Source: Terriglobia bacterium (GTDB taxonomy: Bacteria; Acidobacteriota; Terriglobia; 20CM-2-55-15). From it: DNA of 64,000 nucleotides. The notes below the pieces were generated by a model. The model was not told the origin of the DNA. It did not search any database and saw only the letters and a list, made by a program, of their open reading frames with translations. Below, one piece after another: positions 1-9,518 of this stretch (positions are counted from its first letter, which is position 1; each line of letters starts with the position of its first letter). The stretch covers positions 1,120,001 to 1,184,000 of the forward strand of contig CBDAOY010000008.1 of assembly GCA_965198225.1 (NCBI GenBank). The letters run 5' to 3'. The position numbers and the translations under genes are program-made.

Positions 1-429
1 CGTAAAAGCGTGGATCGGGATCGGAATCTCAAGACCAAGATACTCCGCAGAAAAGTAGTAGAGGACGGCGGCAGCCGCGATCAGTCGCCCGGCCTGCCCC
101 ACCACGCACTGCAGCAGGGTCGTGGCCAGGACGTACCAGAGCGGCCACTTCTTCCAGGCCGTCGAGTACGCGTCCAACATGCTCCGGCCCGTGGCGTGGG
201 TAAAACGAAACGCCATTTCAAAGCCGTAGTACTTGAAGATGTAGGCCACGGGAATGCACCACAGAAGGGCGTAGGCAAACCGCCCGCCGGCAACTGGCGC
301 GCTGATCAGGTGACTGGTCCCGATGCCGGTCATCATCAGGATCATCCCGGGGCCGAAATGCCGCGCCAGCCCGGTAAGGGAAGTCTCAGGGAGCGGAAGG
401 GTCTCGAGTGGATCGGTCGTGTCGGCCAT
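1..429 (-). CDS. Nramp/MntH-like divalent metal transporter, 5' part (runs off the window edge)
   Basis: Hand translation from the ATG at 429: MADTTDPLETLPLPETSLTGLARHFGPGMILMMTGIGTSHLISAPVAGGRFAYALLW...KYYGFEMAFRFTHATGRS. This fits the Nramp-like GPG...G...AG...Y.LLW pattern. Absent from the ORF track because it has no stop in the window. Confidence 0.8.
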   Translation of the reverse strand, partial: MADTTDPLETLPLPETSLTGLARHFGPGMILMMTGIGTSHLISAPVAGGRFAYALLWCIPVAYIFKYYGFEMAFRFTHATGRSMLDAYSTAWKKWPLWYVLATTLLQCVVGQAGRLIAAAAVLYYFSAEYLGLEIPIPIHAFT

Positions 430-587
430 AGTCAACAGCTCACCTCGGGTTCAGATTCCGGCCGCAATCCTATCGGACTCGTGAGCCGAGGGTCAATTTC
501 GATGTTCGAATATACGCTCCGGGAAGTATATTAAGGAGCTTTGAGCCGGCAAACTGCACGCTTCGTCGGCCGCTAAAACGCACGAGC

Positions 588-1383
588 ATGTCGTCACCAA
601 CGCATCTCTACGACGAACTTTCCCGCACCGTCGATCGCCTGAACCGGATCGTCGAGGCCACCAAGCTCCTCAACTCGACGCTGGACCTGGCGGAACTGAC
701 CGGAATCATCCTGCAGATTGTCCGCGACGAGGTCGGTATCGAGCGCGGGCTCGTCTGACATGTGCCACGAGGTCGGCGGCGATTACCTTTCATTTTTTCC
801 CCTGTCGGACGGCCGCTTCATCGTGATGCTCGGAGACGTGTCCGGCAAGGGAATCGGGGCTGCCTTGGTCATGACTTCGGTCCACGCGATGTGCCGAGCG
901 CTGGTGCGCCACGTGCATTCCCTGGAACGGATCACTTATGTCCTCAACGAAATGCTGTTGGAGTCCACGCAAACCCAAAGCTTCCTCACCTTGATGATCG
1001 CCCTGGTCGATCCGCTGAAGAACCGCGTCCATTTGTTGAGCGCTGGCCACAACCCGCCGGTGCTGGTTGACGGATCCGGCATCGTTCGGATGCTCAAAGA
1101 CGGCGGGGGCCCGCCGGTCGGGCTGTTTGCGGGCCTCCGGTACAGCCGCGAGATCATCGACGTCGAGCCGGGATCCGTCCTCGTGCTCTACACCGACGGT
1201 GTCAGCGAGGCCGAGGACGCGAACCAGGAGGAGTTCGGGACCGATCGCCTCTCCATCGTCATCAGTCGGAACAGCAAGAAGTCATCAAAGGAAATCCACG
1301 GCGCAATCCGGGACACACTCCGGGAGTTCGTCGGCGAAACTCCCGCGAACGACGACAGCACCATGATGGTGCTGAAGTTCTGA
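588..1383 (+). pseudogene. GAF-SpoIIE (PP2C) phosphatase with an apparent internal deletion and frameshift near 750
   Basis: 588-758 encodes a GAF N-terminal helix (LNRIVEATKLLNSTLDLAELTGIILQIVRDEVGIERG) and then stops. Another frame gives an intact PP2C domain (EVGGDY, GDVSGKG, AGHNPP, YTDGVSEA, DDST). Confidence 0.75.
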
Positions 1384-1394
1384 CGAGCTCTCTC

Positions 1395-1778
1395 TTGTCT
1401 CTGCCGTTGTCGAAGCTGCTGGTCAGTGTTCTCCGACTCCGTTGTCCCTTCTGTCTCAAAGGGAAGGTCTTCGACGGCCTGTTCAACACCCTGCGCCGCT
1501 GTCCGGAATGCGGCTACTTCTTCACCAGGGAGAGCGGCTACTTCCTGGGGTCGGTGTACTTCGGCTACGGGGCAACGGTCCTGGTGGCGCTGGGTGCGTG
1601 GCCCATGCTGAAATACGTGATCGCACTCGAGTCCGAACTGCTGATCCTCGGCATCCTCGTGGCAATCGCGGGGCTGTTTCCGATCTGGTTCTTCCGGTAC
1701 TCCAGGATGATCTGGATGGCCTTCGACCTCTTCTGGAACCCTCCGGTCCGGGAGGACTTCGACTCGCGCGGCCGGTAG
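1395..1778 (+). CDS. DUF983-like membrane protein with a Zn-ribbon
   Basis: RCPFC..G..F...RRCPECG..F.RE.GYF.G motif, two TM helices, C-terminal YSR.IW. Confidence 0.75.
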   Translation: MSLPLSKLLVSVLRLRCPFCLKGKVFDGLFNTLRRCPECGYFFTRESGYFLGSVYFGYGATVLVALGAWPMLKYVIALESELLILGILVAIAGLFPIWFFRYSRMIWMAFDLFWNPPVREDFDSRGR

Positions 1779-1857
1779 GCAGCCCGCGTGGGGGGTTGCG
1801 GCGACTCCGGGCTCAGCTTAGAATGAATGGCTCGCCTTGGCATGAACGCCTCGCTTT

Positions 1858-1930
1858 GGCCCCATCGTCTAGGGGTTTAGGACGTAGCCCTCTCAAGGCT
1901 AAAACACGGGTTCGATTCCCGTTGGGGCTA
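1858..1930 (+). tRNA. tRNA-Glu (anticodon CTC)
   Basis: Cloverleaf: acceptor GGCCCCA/TGGGGCT, D arm GTCT..GGAC, anticodon arm TAGCC-CTCTCAA-GGCTA, T arm ACGGG-TTCGATT-CCCGT. CCA is not encoded. Confidence 0.95.
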
Positions 1931-1940
1931 TCCTCAGCAT

Positions 1941-1973
1941 CGGTAACGGCCGGCCATGAGCCGGTCGTTACCG
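1941..1973 (+). terminator. Stem-loop downstream of tRNA-Glu
   Basis: CGGTAACGGCCGGC / GCCGGTCGTTACCG 14-bp stem with one G-U pair. U-tract is weak. Confidence 0.5.
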
Positions 1974-2083
1974 GCCTGTTTCATCCCGCCTGAACAGGTG
2001 CATCCCACTGCGTTTCATTGACTTGGACGATTTGGCGCACTAACATACCGACCCTGTCTTGCCCGAATTCGGAGGGAACCGAC

Positions 2084-2872
2084 ATGTCGTCGGCCGAGCC
2101 AGCCCGCGTCTTTCAACAACTCCTGTCGCTCGCGCCCGAACAGGTGCGCAGCGCAACGTTCTCCGGGATGGGAACGTTGCAGGCCTCCGGCGAGAGATTC
2201 AGCTATACCGTCCGCTTTCTCTTTCCCGATGATGTCGGGCTCATTCTCCGGCTGCACCAGGACGTCCTGGCCAACCTGCCCAACCCGCTGTTGCTCTACG
2301 TTCGCGACCGGGACTTTTTCGCCCAGTGCGTCGGGAAACGCGGGTGTGTTGCGGGGGCTTTCCAAAACGGCAGGCTCCTGGGCTACGCGGCGGGCTGGAT
2401 CCCTCCCACCGGGCAGGACAACTATGGGAAGGATCTCGGCCTCACTCCAGACGACCTTCCGCACGTCGCTCACCTTGCGGGCTCATGCATCCATCCGGCG
2501 TATCGCGGTAACCGCTTGCATGCCCAGTTGGTGGGCCTGCGTTCCGCGTTGCTGCATTCGGAAGGGTTCTACCACCAGTGTGGCGAAGTGCTTCCCCGCA
2601 ACGTCTTCAGCATCAAGAACCACCTGGCCGGCGGCTATTACCTGAAGGGGTTCAAGGTCGACGACTTTCGCTTCGACGACGAGGGCGCGCCACACTTTCT
2701 CCTCCACAGGGACACTCGCTCCGACCCTCGAAGGGATGATGAGGAAAACCCTCCGGAGTCACGGATCGACGACATCCCGACGTACCGTCGAATGCTCGAT
2801 GAAGGGCGTTGGGGCTACCGGATCCGGTACCTTGACGGAGAGCCGCATCTCGCATACGGAGTCTTCGCGTAA
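2084..2872 (+). CDS. GNAT-family N-acetyltransferase
   Basis: Acetyl-CoA motif A IHPAYRGNRL and N..S motif PRNVFSIKN. GGAGGG RBS precedes the ATG at 2084. Confidence 0.7.
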   Translation: MSSAEPARVFQQLLSLAPEQVRSATFSGMGTLQASGERFSYTVRFLFPDDVGLILRLHQDVLANLPNPLLLYVRDRDFFAQCVGKRGCVAGAFQNGRLLGYAAGWIPPTGQDNYGKDLGLTPDDLPHVAHLAGSCIHPAYRGNRLHAQLVGLRSALLHSEGFYHQCGEVLPRNVFSIKNHLAGGYYLKGFKVDDFRFDDEGAPHFLLHRDTRSDPRRDDEENPPESRIDDIPTYRRMLDEGRWGYRIRYLDGEPHLAYGVFA

Positions 2873-2901
2873 CAATTTCAACATGGTTAAGTAATTGACT
2901 C

Positions 2902-5900
2902 ATGAATAGATTGTTACGCTTTTTAGATGTCCAACCCGAAGAACGAACTCTGACCGGAAGCCTGTTCCTGTTTTCGTTTGAGATCGGGCTCGCGCGGTTC
3001 TTCGTCTTAACTCCAGCGCTGGCGCTGTTCCTGGAAAGGTTCGATGCGGAAGACCTGGGACTGGTCTACACCTTGCTGGCCCTGCCCCTCATCGTCGTCA
3101 GCACGGCCTACGTCCGGCTCGGCCGGATCCTGCCACTCCGGACCCTGATCGTTTCGAACCTCCTGTTCGTGGTGGGCCTTACGATCCTGATCCGACTGGC
3201 TCTCGACCTGGACTCCCGCTGGCCCGCTTTGCTGCCGGCCGTTTGGTTCTATGTTCTGTTCACTCTGACAAGTTCCGCGTTCACGGCGGCTGCCAATCGC
3301 GTTCTGGACATTCGGCAGGGCAAGAGACTCATCCCCCTGTCAACGACCGGTGATGTGATCGCGTTTTTCATCGGCGGAGCGGCGACACCCTGGCTCGTGG
3401 CCCGGATGGGTACTGCTAATCTGCTGCTGCTCGCGGCCGCCGCAGCGCTGCTCTCCCTGCTCACCTTCCTTCGCCTGAATGCCCGGTACCGCGGCCGCTT
3501 TGCGCCAAGAAAGTCCCGCCGACCGGCGACTGGGGAAGAAACGAGCCGCCGGGACTGGTCGAGCCCGTACCTGCGCTTGATGGCGGGCTATTTTGCGGTG
3601 AGTGCGCTGGCCTATGTGCTGATCGACAATGCATTCAATGCCGTTGCCGAGCAACGGTACCTCGACACCGCCCAGCTTGCTGCGTTCTTCGGCACCTACG
3701 CTGCTGTGGCAGCCATCGCCAACTTCATGTTCAAGTCCTTTGTCGGAGGTCGGATCGTGCGCAGGTTCGGAGTGAGCGGGATACTGCTGGGTTTTCCGCT
3801 GGCGATCGGTATCGGATCGTTCCTCGTCGTCGTCGGGCCACCGATACTCGCCCGGGGCGATTCCCTGCTTGCCCTTGCACTGGTGTTCTGGTTCACGACC
3901 ATGATGCGGCTGATTAACAAGGTCTTCCTGAGCGCTCAATACTCCACTTTTCCCACGCTGTACCAGCCGCTGGACGAGAAAGCTACCGGAGTGCAGGCCA
4001 CGCTGGAAGGCGTCGTCGAAGCAAGCGCCTATGGACTGGCCGGGCTGCTCCTGCTGGGTCTGCATGCGTTCTTCGACTTCGGGGCGGTCCAACTGTCCGT
4101 GGTCCTGATCGGGGTCTGCGGGGGCTGGGCCTACATCGCGCTCTCACTGAGGCGGGAATACACCGACGTGCTGGGCCAGGCGCTTCAACGACGTCGGATC
4201 GGGCCCGCGTCGTTGAGTCTGGCCGACCGCGCCAGCCTGGACCTCGTGATGGAACAACTCGAGAGCCCTCATCCGGAAAGCGCCCTCTATGCCCTCGACT
4301 TGTTGGAGGAGTCCTATCCAGAGAGCGTGGGGGAAATCCTGGTCGGGCTGCTGGATCATCCGTCGCCCGACATCCGGGTCGAAGCATTGGCCCGGATCGA
4401 GAAACATCATGTCGCGGACGCCTTCCCAAGGGTCCGGGCTCTGGCGATGAATCCCGACGTCAGCCCGGTACTGCGGGGCGCAGCCGCTCGGACTCGGTGG
4501 GTGCTCAGCGATAAAGACGTCCACGAGGGCATCATGGCTCTCAGCGATCCCGATAGCCAGGTGCGTACCGGGACCATGGTCGGCATGCTGCGTTCCGGCT
4601 CCGTCGAAGGCATCGTGTATGCGGGTCACTGCCTGCTCGACAACCTGCGATCGGGCGTAGCGGAGGAGAGAATCTTTGCCGCAAGGGTCATCGGCGAATC
4701 CGGAATGGAAAGCTTTCACCGGCAAGCCCTGGAACTGCTCAAAGACGAGAATACGGCCGTTCGCAAGGCGATCATCAAGAGTGCACCCCGGATCGGGCAC
4801 GACGGGTTGTGGCCTCTCGTCGTTGAAGCGCTCCGCGATCGGGAAGTGGCGGCGGCTGCGTCCGAGGCGCTCGTCGCCGCCGGATCGGTCGTGACCCCGA
4901 GCCTGGCAGCCGGAATCCGGGATTCAGCCTCCGACCGCGGCGCTCGGCTCAGTGCCCTTAGGATTCTCGGACTGATTCGCGGCCCGGAAGCCATCGTCGA
5001 GCTCTGCCCGTTCACGGAGCTGAGGGATCCGGACGAAAGACATGCCGCGATGTCCGCGCTTGCCAACTGCTCCTTCGAGGCGGACGACTCGCAGATCCAA
5101 TGGTTGAAGGGCCTTCTCAAACGCGAAGCCGATCACGCTGCTTATCGATTCGCGTCCATCGCCGACATCTCGATAAACAAGTCCGTCGAGCTGCTCGTAG
5201 GTGCTTTGAACTGCGAACTCGCCGCCATCCGGCATCGGATTTTTCTGTTGCTCTCTTTCATCTACTCACAACGCGATGTGTTGACGGCCTGGGACAACTA
5301 CAACAGCAGCGACCGGGACAAGAGGGCCTACGCGCTCGAGCTGGTCGAGAACGTCATCAGTACGGATCTCAAGTCGATGCTTTTCCCCGTGCTCGACGAC
5401 ATCGTCCAGGACGAACGGTTGGCTCAGTTGCGGCTGCTGCATGACGCTCAGCTTCTGGGTGCTCCGACGAGACTCAAGCAGATTCTCAGCTGGCAGCAAC
5501 ACGGCATCAGCGGCTGGACTTCCAGTTGTGCCCGCCACCTGGCCGCCGAGTACGGCGTGGAGACGGCCTCTCCCCCCGAGACCATCGTCGAGCAAACGAT
5601 GCGGCTCAAGTCGGTCGATCTCTTCGAGGAGGTGCCCGAGCACGTTCTGGCCGGGATCGTCCCGGAGCTCCAGGAGATCCGTCTCCGGCAAGACGAGACG
5701 GTCTTCGCCAAAGGAGACGTCGGCGACAGTCTTTACATCGTGATCGAGGGAAGCGTCCGGATGCATGACGAGGCGGTCACGGTCGCAGAGGTCGGGCACA
5801 ATCGTGTTTTCGGCGAGATGACCGTGCTTCAGGCGGCGCCGAGGACGCTGTCGGCCACCACGAGCATGCCGACACGCCTGTTCCGTTTCGAGCAGGACGC

Positions 5901-6012
5901 GCTCTACCGGCTGATCGTCGATCAGGTGGGCATCGCTCGGAGCATGATTCAGATCATCATCGAACGCCTGCGCCAAAACCAGGCGATGAGGGCGGGAGTC
6001 GTCGGCCGTTGA
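2902..6012 (+). CDS. Npt1/Npt2-like (ATP/ADP carrier, MFS) transporter fused to HEAT repeats and a C-terminal cNMP-binding domain
   Basis: About 12 TM helices with the RQGKRL motif, HEAT-like repeats (LLDHPSPDIRVEAL, LKDENTAVRKA) and a cNMP domain (KGDVGDSLYIV..FGEM..PRT). Confidence 0.85.
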   Translation: MNRLLRFLDVQPEERTLTGSLFLFSFEIGLARFFVLTPALALFLERFDAEDLGLVYTLLALPLIVVSTAYVRLGRILPLRTLIVSNLLFVVGLTILIRLALDLDSRWPALLPAVWFYVLFTLTSSAFTAAANRVLDIRQGKRLIPLSTTGDVIAFFIGGAATPWLVARMGTANLLLLAAAAALLSLLTFLRLNARYRGRFAPRKSRRPATGEETSRRDWSSPYLRLMAGYFAVSALAYVLIDNAFNAVAEQRYLDTAQLAAFFGTYAAVAAIANFMFKSFVGGRIVRRFGVSGILLGFPLAIGIGSFLVVVGPPILARGDSLLALALVFWFTTMMRLINKVFLSAQYSTFPTLYQPLDEKATGVQATLEGVVEASAYGLAGLLLLGLHAFFDFGAVQLSVVLIGVCGGWAYIALSLRREYTDVLGQALQRRRIGPASLSLADRASLDLVMEQLESPHPESALYALDLLEESYPESVGEILVGLLDHPSPDIRVEALARIEKHHVADAFPRVRALAMNPDVSPVLRGAAARTRWVLSDKDVHEGIMALSDPDSQVRTGTMVGMLRSGSVEGIVYAGHCLLDNLRSGVAEERIFAARVIGESGMESFHRQALELLKDENTAVRKAIIKSAPRIGHDGLWPLVVEALRDREVAAAASEALVAAGSVVTPSLAAGIRDSASDRGARLSALRILGLIRGPEAIVELCPFTELRDPDERHAAMSALANCSFEADDSQIQWLKGLLKREADHAAYRFASIADISINKSVELLVGALNCELAAIRHRIFLLLSFIYSQRDVLTAWDNYNSSDRDKRAYALELVENVISTDLKSMLFPVLDDIVQDERLAQLRLLHDAQLLGAPTRLKQILSWQQHGISGWTSSCARHLAAEYGVETASPPETIVEQTMRLKSVDLFEEVPEHVLAGIVPELQEIRLRQDETVFAKGDVGDSLYIVIEGSVRMHDEAVTVAEVGHNRVFGEMTVLQAAPRTLSATTSMPTRLFRFEQDALYRLIVDQVGIARSMIQIIIERLRQNQAMRAGVVGR

Positions 6013-6015
6013 TAA

Positions 6016-6408
6016 TCAGTTCAGGCGCGCGACTAGAACGCTGATGATTCCTTTGGACACAGCGGGGTTCCCCGCCATGAGTTCGTAGAAGACATCCTGG
6101 TCGAGCCGGAGCAGGTCGGTCTCCTCCACTGCCGTAGCGCTCTGTCCGCGCACTTCCGAAGTCAGAACGCTCAGCTCACCGAACACGTCATAGGCGTTCA
6201 GGACTGTTTCATCCAGGTTTCCGTCGTGTAGTCGGACTTGACCGTTGACGACGACATACATCGATTTGCCGACGTCCCCGGCTTTGAAGACAGTTCCACC
6301 GGGACCGACGTGGACTTCCTCGAGGTAGGCCACCAGACTCGCGAGGATGTCGTCCGGGACATCCCGAAAAATCTCAGTTCGCTTCAGAATGAAGACTCGC
6401 TCAATCAT
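6016..6408 (-). CDS. Stand-alone cyclic-nucleotide-binding domain protein
   Basis: ERVFILKRTEIF...VFKAGDVGKSMYVV..G.V...FGELSVL...R..SATA. No HTH domain. Confidence 0.85.
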   Translation of the reverse strand: MIERVFILKRTEIFRDVPDDILASLVAYLEEVHVGPGGTVFKAGDVGKSMYVVVNGQVRLHDGNLDETVLNAYDVFGELSVLTSEVRGQSATAVEETDLLRLDQDVFYELMAGNPAVSKGIISVLVARLN

Positions 6409-6643
6409 CCCTTATTGAGACACGTGCGGCAGTTTTCGCTCAGATCAACCCTTACGCCCGACCAGGCATGAAGGCCCTCAAACCGCTGAGAGCGCTATGC
6501 ATGGAAGTCAAACTCTACCTAGGTGCTCGAAATTGACCAGTCAGAGGAACTCTTATACACTTTCTGTGAACCGCGTGCATGTGATTTGACTCGCCGTGCG
6601 AGAAGTACGAACTCGACCCTATCCGGATTCCAGTAGACGGATC

Positions 6644-9313
6644 ATGATCGGTACGACAGTTACCCACTACAAAGTTCTGGAGAGAATCGGCGGTGGCGGC
6701 ATGGGTGTCGTCTACAAAGCCCGAGACACGAAACTCGGACGTACGGTCGCACTGAAATTCCTGCCGGACCACCTCGCCGAGAACCCCCGGGCGCTGGAAC
6801 GATTCAGACGTGAGGCAAAGACCGCGTCATCTCTGAACCATCCGCACATCTGCACGATTTATGACGTCGACGAGCACGAAGGTCGTCCATTTATCGCGAT
6901 GGAACTACTCGTAGGTCAAACATTGCGCGAGCGGATTCAGGGCAGTCCGCTGCCGAGCCTCGAAGCCCTGGATCTCGGGATCCAGATCGCCGACGCACTC
7001 GAGGCCGCTCATTCCAGGGGGATCATCCATCGCGACATCAAGCCCGCGAATCGCGACATCAAGCCCGCGAATCTGTTCGTAACGACGCGCAATCAAATCA
7101 AGGTACTCGATTTCGGTCTGGCGAAAGCCGTACCCAAGGGCGGCCTACCCGACTCCGACGCACTCATGTCGGAGGACGTGGCCACGGTAACCCACGACAT
7201 GCTCACTGATTCGGGCGCGGCGGTCGGAACGGTCGCTTTCATGTCCCCGGAGCAGGCAAGAGGCGAAACTCTGGATGCACGGACGGACGTGTTTTCGTTC
7301 GGTGAGGTGCTCTACCAGATGGTCACCGGAGAGCCTCCGTTTACTGGCAACACAGCCGCCGTCGTCTTCCACGCATTGCTGGAGAAGCAGCCGACCCCGC
7401 CAGGCCAGGTCAACCATGAAGTCCCTACGCAACTGGACCGGCTCATCACGGGCGCTCTGGAGAAGGATCGAGAGGTCCGGGTGCAATCCGCGGCACAGCT
7501 CCGCGCGGAGTTGACAAAGCTGCACCGGACCCTCACTGGAGGATCGGGCGCGGACATTGCCGGAGCAGGTGAATCCGGGGAGCGGAGTCGCATGGCGGGT
7601 GTGCTGCTGGCAACCCTGGCCCTGGCGGCCCTCGTCGTCCTCTTTGTCATGTTCGGACCGGGAAACGCACCCGCAGGCTTCCCCGACAACGCGCGGTTCG
7701 AGCAGTTGACTTCCCAATCCGGCGAGGAACTCTTCCCGAACCTTTCGCCCGACGCTCGATCGTTCATCTACATAAGCTATGCCACCGGCGGTGGTGACAT
7801 TTACCTGCAGAGGGTCGACGGCGCGAACCCGAACAACCTCACGGTGGGAAGTGAGGCCTACGATGGCGAGGCCAGTTTCTCGAACGACGGCAACTTCATC
7901 GCTTTCCGTTCCGATCGCCAGGCCGGCGGTATCTTCGTGATGGGAGCGACGGGTGAGTCGGTTCGGCAACTTGCAGATTTCGGGTACAATCCCGCCTGGT
8001 CACCCGATGACAGTCAGATCCTCTTCACGAGCGAACAGGTCCTGAACTCTCCCGAACGTCGTTTCGGAGTCAGTGAACTCTGGGCAGTCGATGTGGCGAC
8101 CGAGCAGACGCGAAGAATCCATGGCGGAGACGCTGTCCAGTCTGGATGGGCGCCCGACGGCGAACGGATCGTCTACTGGGCTCAGGAAGCGGGTCGGCGG
8201 GACATCTGGACGATATCGGCCGACGGCAGCGACTCCATCCGTGTGACCGACGACGACGCACTGGACTGGAATCCGGTCTGGTCGCCCGAAGGTTTCATTT
8301 ATTTTTCGAGCGACCGGGGAGGCAACATGAACCTTTGGCGGGTTCCGGTTTCGGCCTCCGGTGTGCTGGAGGGTGACCCGCAACCGGTAACAACCGGCGT
8401 CGTTGAGGTCAGCCAGCACCCGACTATATCGGCAGACGGGAAGCGTCTTGCCTATGCTGCCCGGACGAGTTCACGAAACATCCAGCGGATTGGCTTCGAT
8501 CCAGCATCGAAGCAGACAACCGGCTTTCCGGAAGCGGTCACGGAGGGGTCGATTCTCAGCGAATGGAGCGACCCTTCCCCCGACGGCCAGGCCGTCGCCT
8601 TCATGAGGCAGGACGATATCTTCGTGACCAGGACCGATGGCTCCGGACTGAACCGGCTCACCGACGACGACTTCAACGACCGCCACCCCAAATGGTCACC
8701 GGATGGGGACAAGATTCTGTTCTATTCGAATCGCGGCGGCAGCCTCTACCAGATATGGGTGATGAACCCGGACGGAAGTGGGAAGGTCCAGGTGACCGAC
8801 GATGACTCCGAACCGGTCTACCCTGCCTGGTCACCCGACGGCGAGCGAATCAGCTACGGCGATACGGCATCGGGCTCATTTATCATTGAAGCTAACGCTG
8901 CAGGCGGGCAGGAACGATTCGCGCTGCCGCCCCTCGAAGCCGTCGGCACGGCGTTCATGGCAAGGTCGTGGTCGCCGGATGGACGCTTTCTGGCTGGAGA
9001 TCTGTTGGTGCTGGATGATCAACGATTGGACGGCATACTCGTCTACTCCTTCGAATCCGGAGAATACGATCAGGTTGCCGAACACGGTGTCGAACCCACC
9101 TGGCTGGGCGATTCCCAGACGATCCTGTTCCAGTCCAACATCGTGCCGCCGAGCGAAATCCTCCAGGCGGATCGCATATCGAAGGAAGTCCGACCCATCC
9201 TTTCCAACAGCCCGTATTCGCTTGCCGGCCCGAGCCTCCCCCTCGACGATAGAACCCTCTTCTACACGGCAATTGAAGCCGAAGCGGATATCTGGCTCAT
9301 AACCATCCCTTAG
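6644..9313 (+). CDS. Hanks-type Ser/Thr protein kinase with a TM helix and TolB-like PD40 beta-propeller
   Basis: IGGGGMGVVY, VALK, HRDIKPAN, DFG and MSPEQ motifs, then a TM segment and repeated P.WSPDG motifs. Confidence 0.92.
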   Translation: MIGTTVTHYKVLERIGGGGMGVVYKARDTKLGRTVALKFLPDHLAENPRALERFRREAKTASSLNHPHICTIYDVDEHEGRPFIAMELLVGQTLRERIQGSPLPSLEALDLGIQIADALEAAHSRGIIHRDIKPANRDIKPANLFVTTRNQIKVLDFGLAKAVPKGGLPDSDALMSEDVATVTHDMLTDSGAAVGTVAFMSPEQARGETLDARTDVFSFGEVLYQMVTGEPPFTGNTAAVVFHALLEKQPTPPGQVNHEVPTQLDRLITGALEKDREVRVQSAAQLRAELTKLHRTLTGGSGADIAGAGESGERSRMAGVLLATLALAALVVLFVMFGPGNAPAGFPDNARFEQLTSQSGEELFPNLSPDARSFIYISYATGGGDIYLQRVDGANPNNLTVGSEAYDGEASFSNDGNFIAFRSDRQAGGIFVMGATGESVRQLADFGYNPAWSPDDSQILFTSEQVLNSPERRFGVSELWAVDVATEQTRRIHGGDAVQSGWAPDGERIVYWAQEAGRRDIWTISADGSDSIRVTDDDALDWNPVWSPEGFIYFSSDRGGNMNLWRVPVSASGVLEGDPQPVTTGVVEVSQHPTISADGKRLAYAARTSSRNIQRIGFDPASKQTTGFPEAVTEGSILSEWSDPSPDGQAVAFMRQDDIFVTRTDGSGLNRLTDDDFNDRHPKWSPDGDKILFYSNRGGSLYQIWVMNPDGSGKVQVTDDDSEPVYPAWSPDGERISYGDTASGSFIIEANAAGGQERFALPPLEAVGTAFMARSWSPDGRFLAGDLLVLDDQRLDGILVYSFESGEYDQVAEHGVEPTWLGDSQTILFQSNIVPPSEILQADRISKEVRPILSNSPYSLAGPSLPLDDRTLFYTAIEAEADIWLITIP
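7031..7072 (+). repeat. Perfect 21-bp tandem duplication in the kinase catalytic loop
   Basis: CGCGACATCAAGCCCGCGAAT x2, giving HRDIKPANRDIKPANLFV. Confidence 0.95.
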
Positions 9314-9316
9314 GCC

Positions 9317-9500
9317 GTGTAGGTGCGCTCTATGAGCGGAACTATCTGTTAGCGTCGGGCCCACCGTCCCCCTCACGACGAAAGACTGAACGTTCACGGA
9401 CCGAGTTGCAGTGCGTGGGTTCGCGGAGAAAGACAGTTGGTCCGGTCCCCCCACGCCGTCCTTGACCAGAACAGTGTGCGGTCATAGACCGCACCTACAC
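9317..9500. mobile_element. 184-bp GTAG-type REP doublet (REPIN-like), copy 1
   Basis: Ends GTGTAGGTGCGCTCTATGAGCG ... GTGCGGTCATAGACCGCACCTACAC. Homologous along its whole length to 54705-54888. Confidence 0.75.
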
Positions 9501-9518
9501 CGCATTCAAACACACGCC

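Noticed and set aside
10-534. 174-aa plus-strand ORF at the window start
   Set aside because: Antisense shadow of the Nramp-like transporter on the minus strand.
1858-2100. Integrative element at tRNA-Glu
   Set aside because: No integrase, and I saw no duplicated tRNA 3' end in the window.
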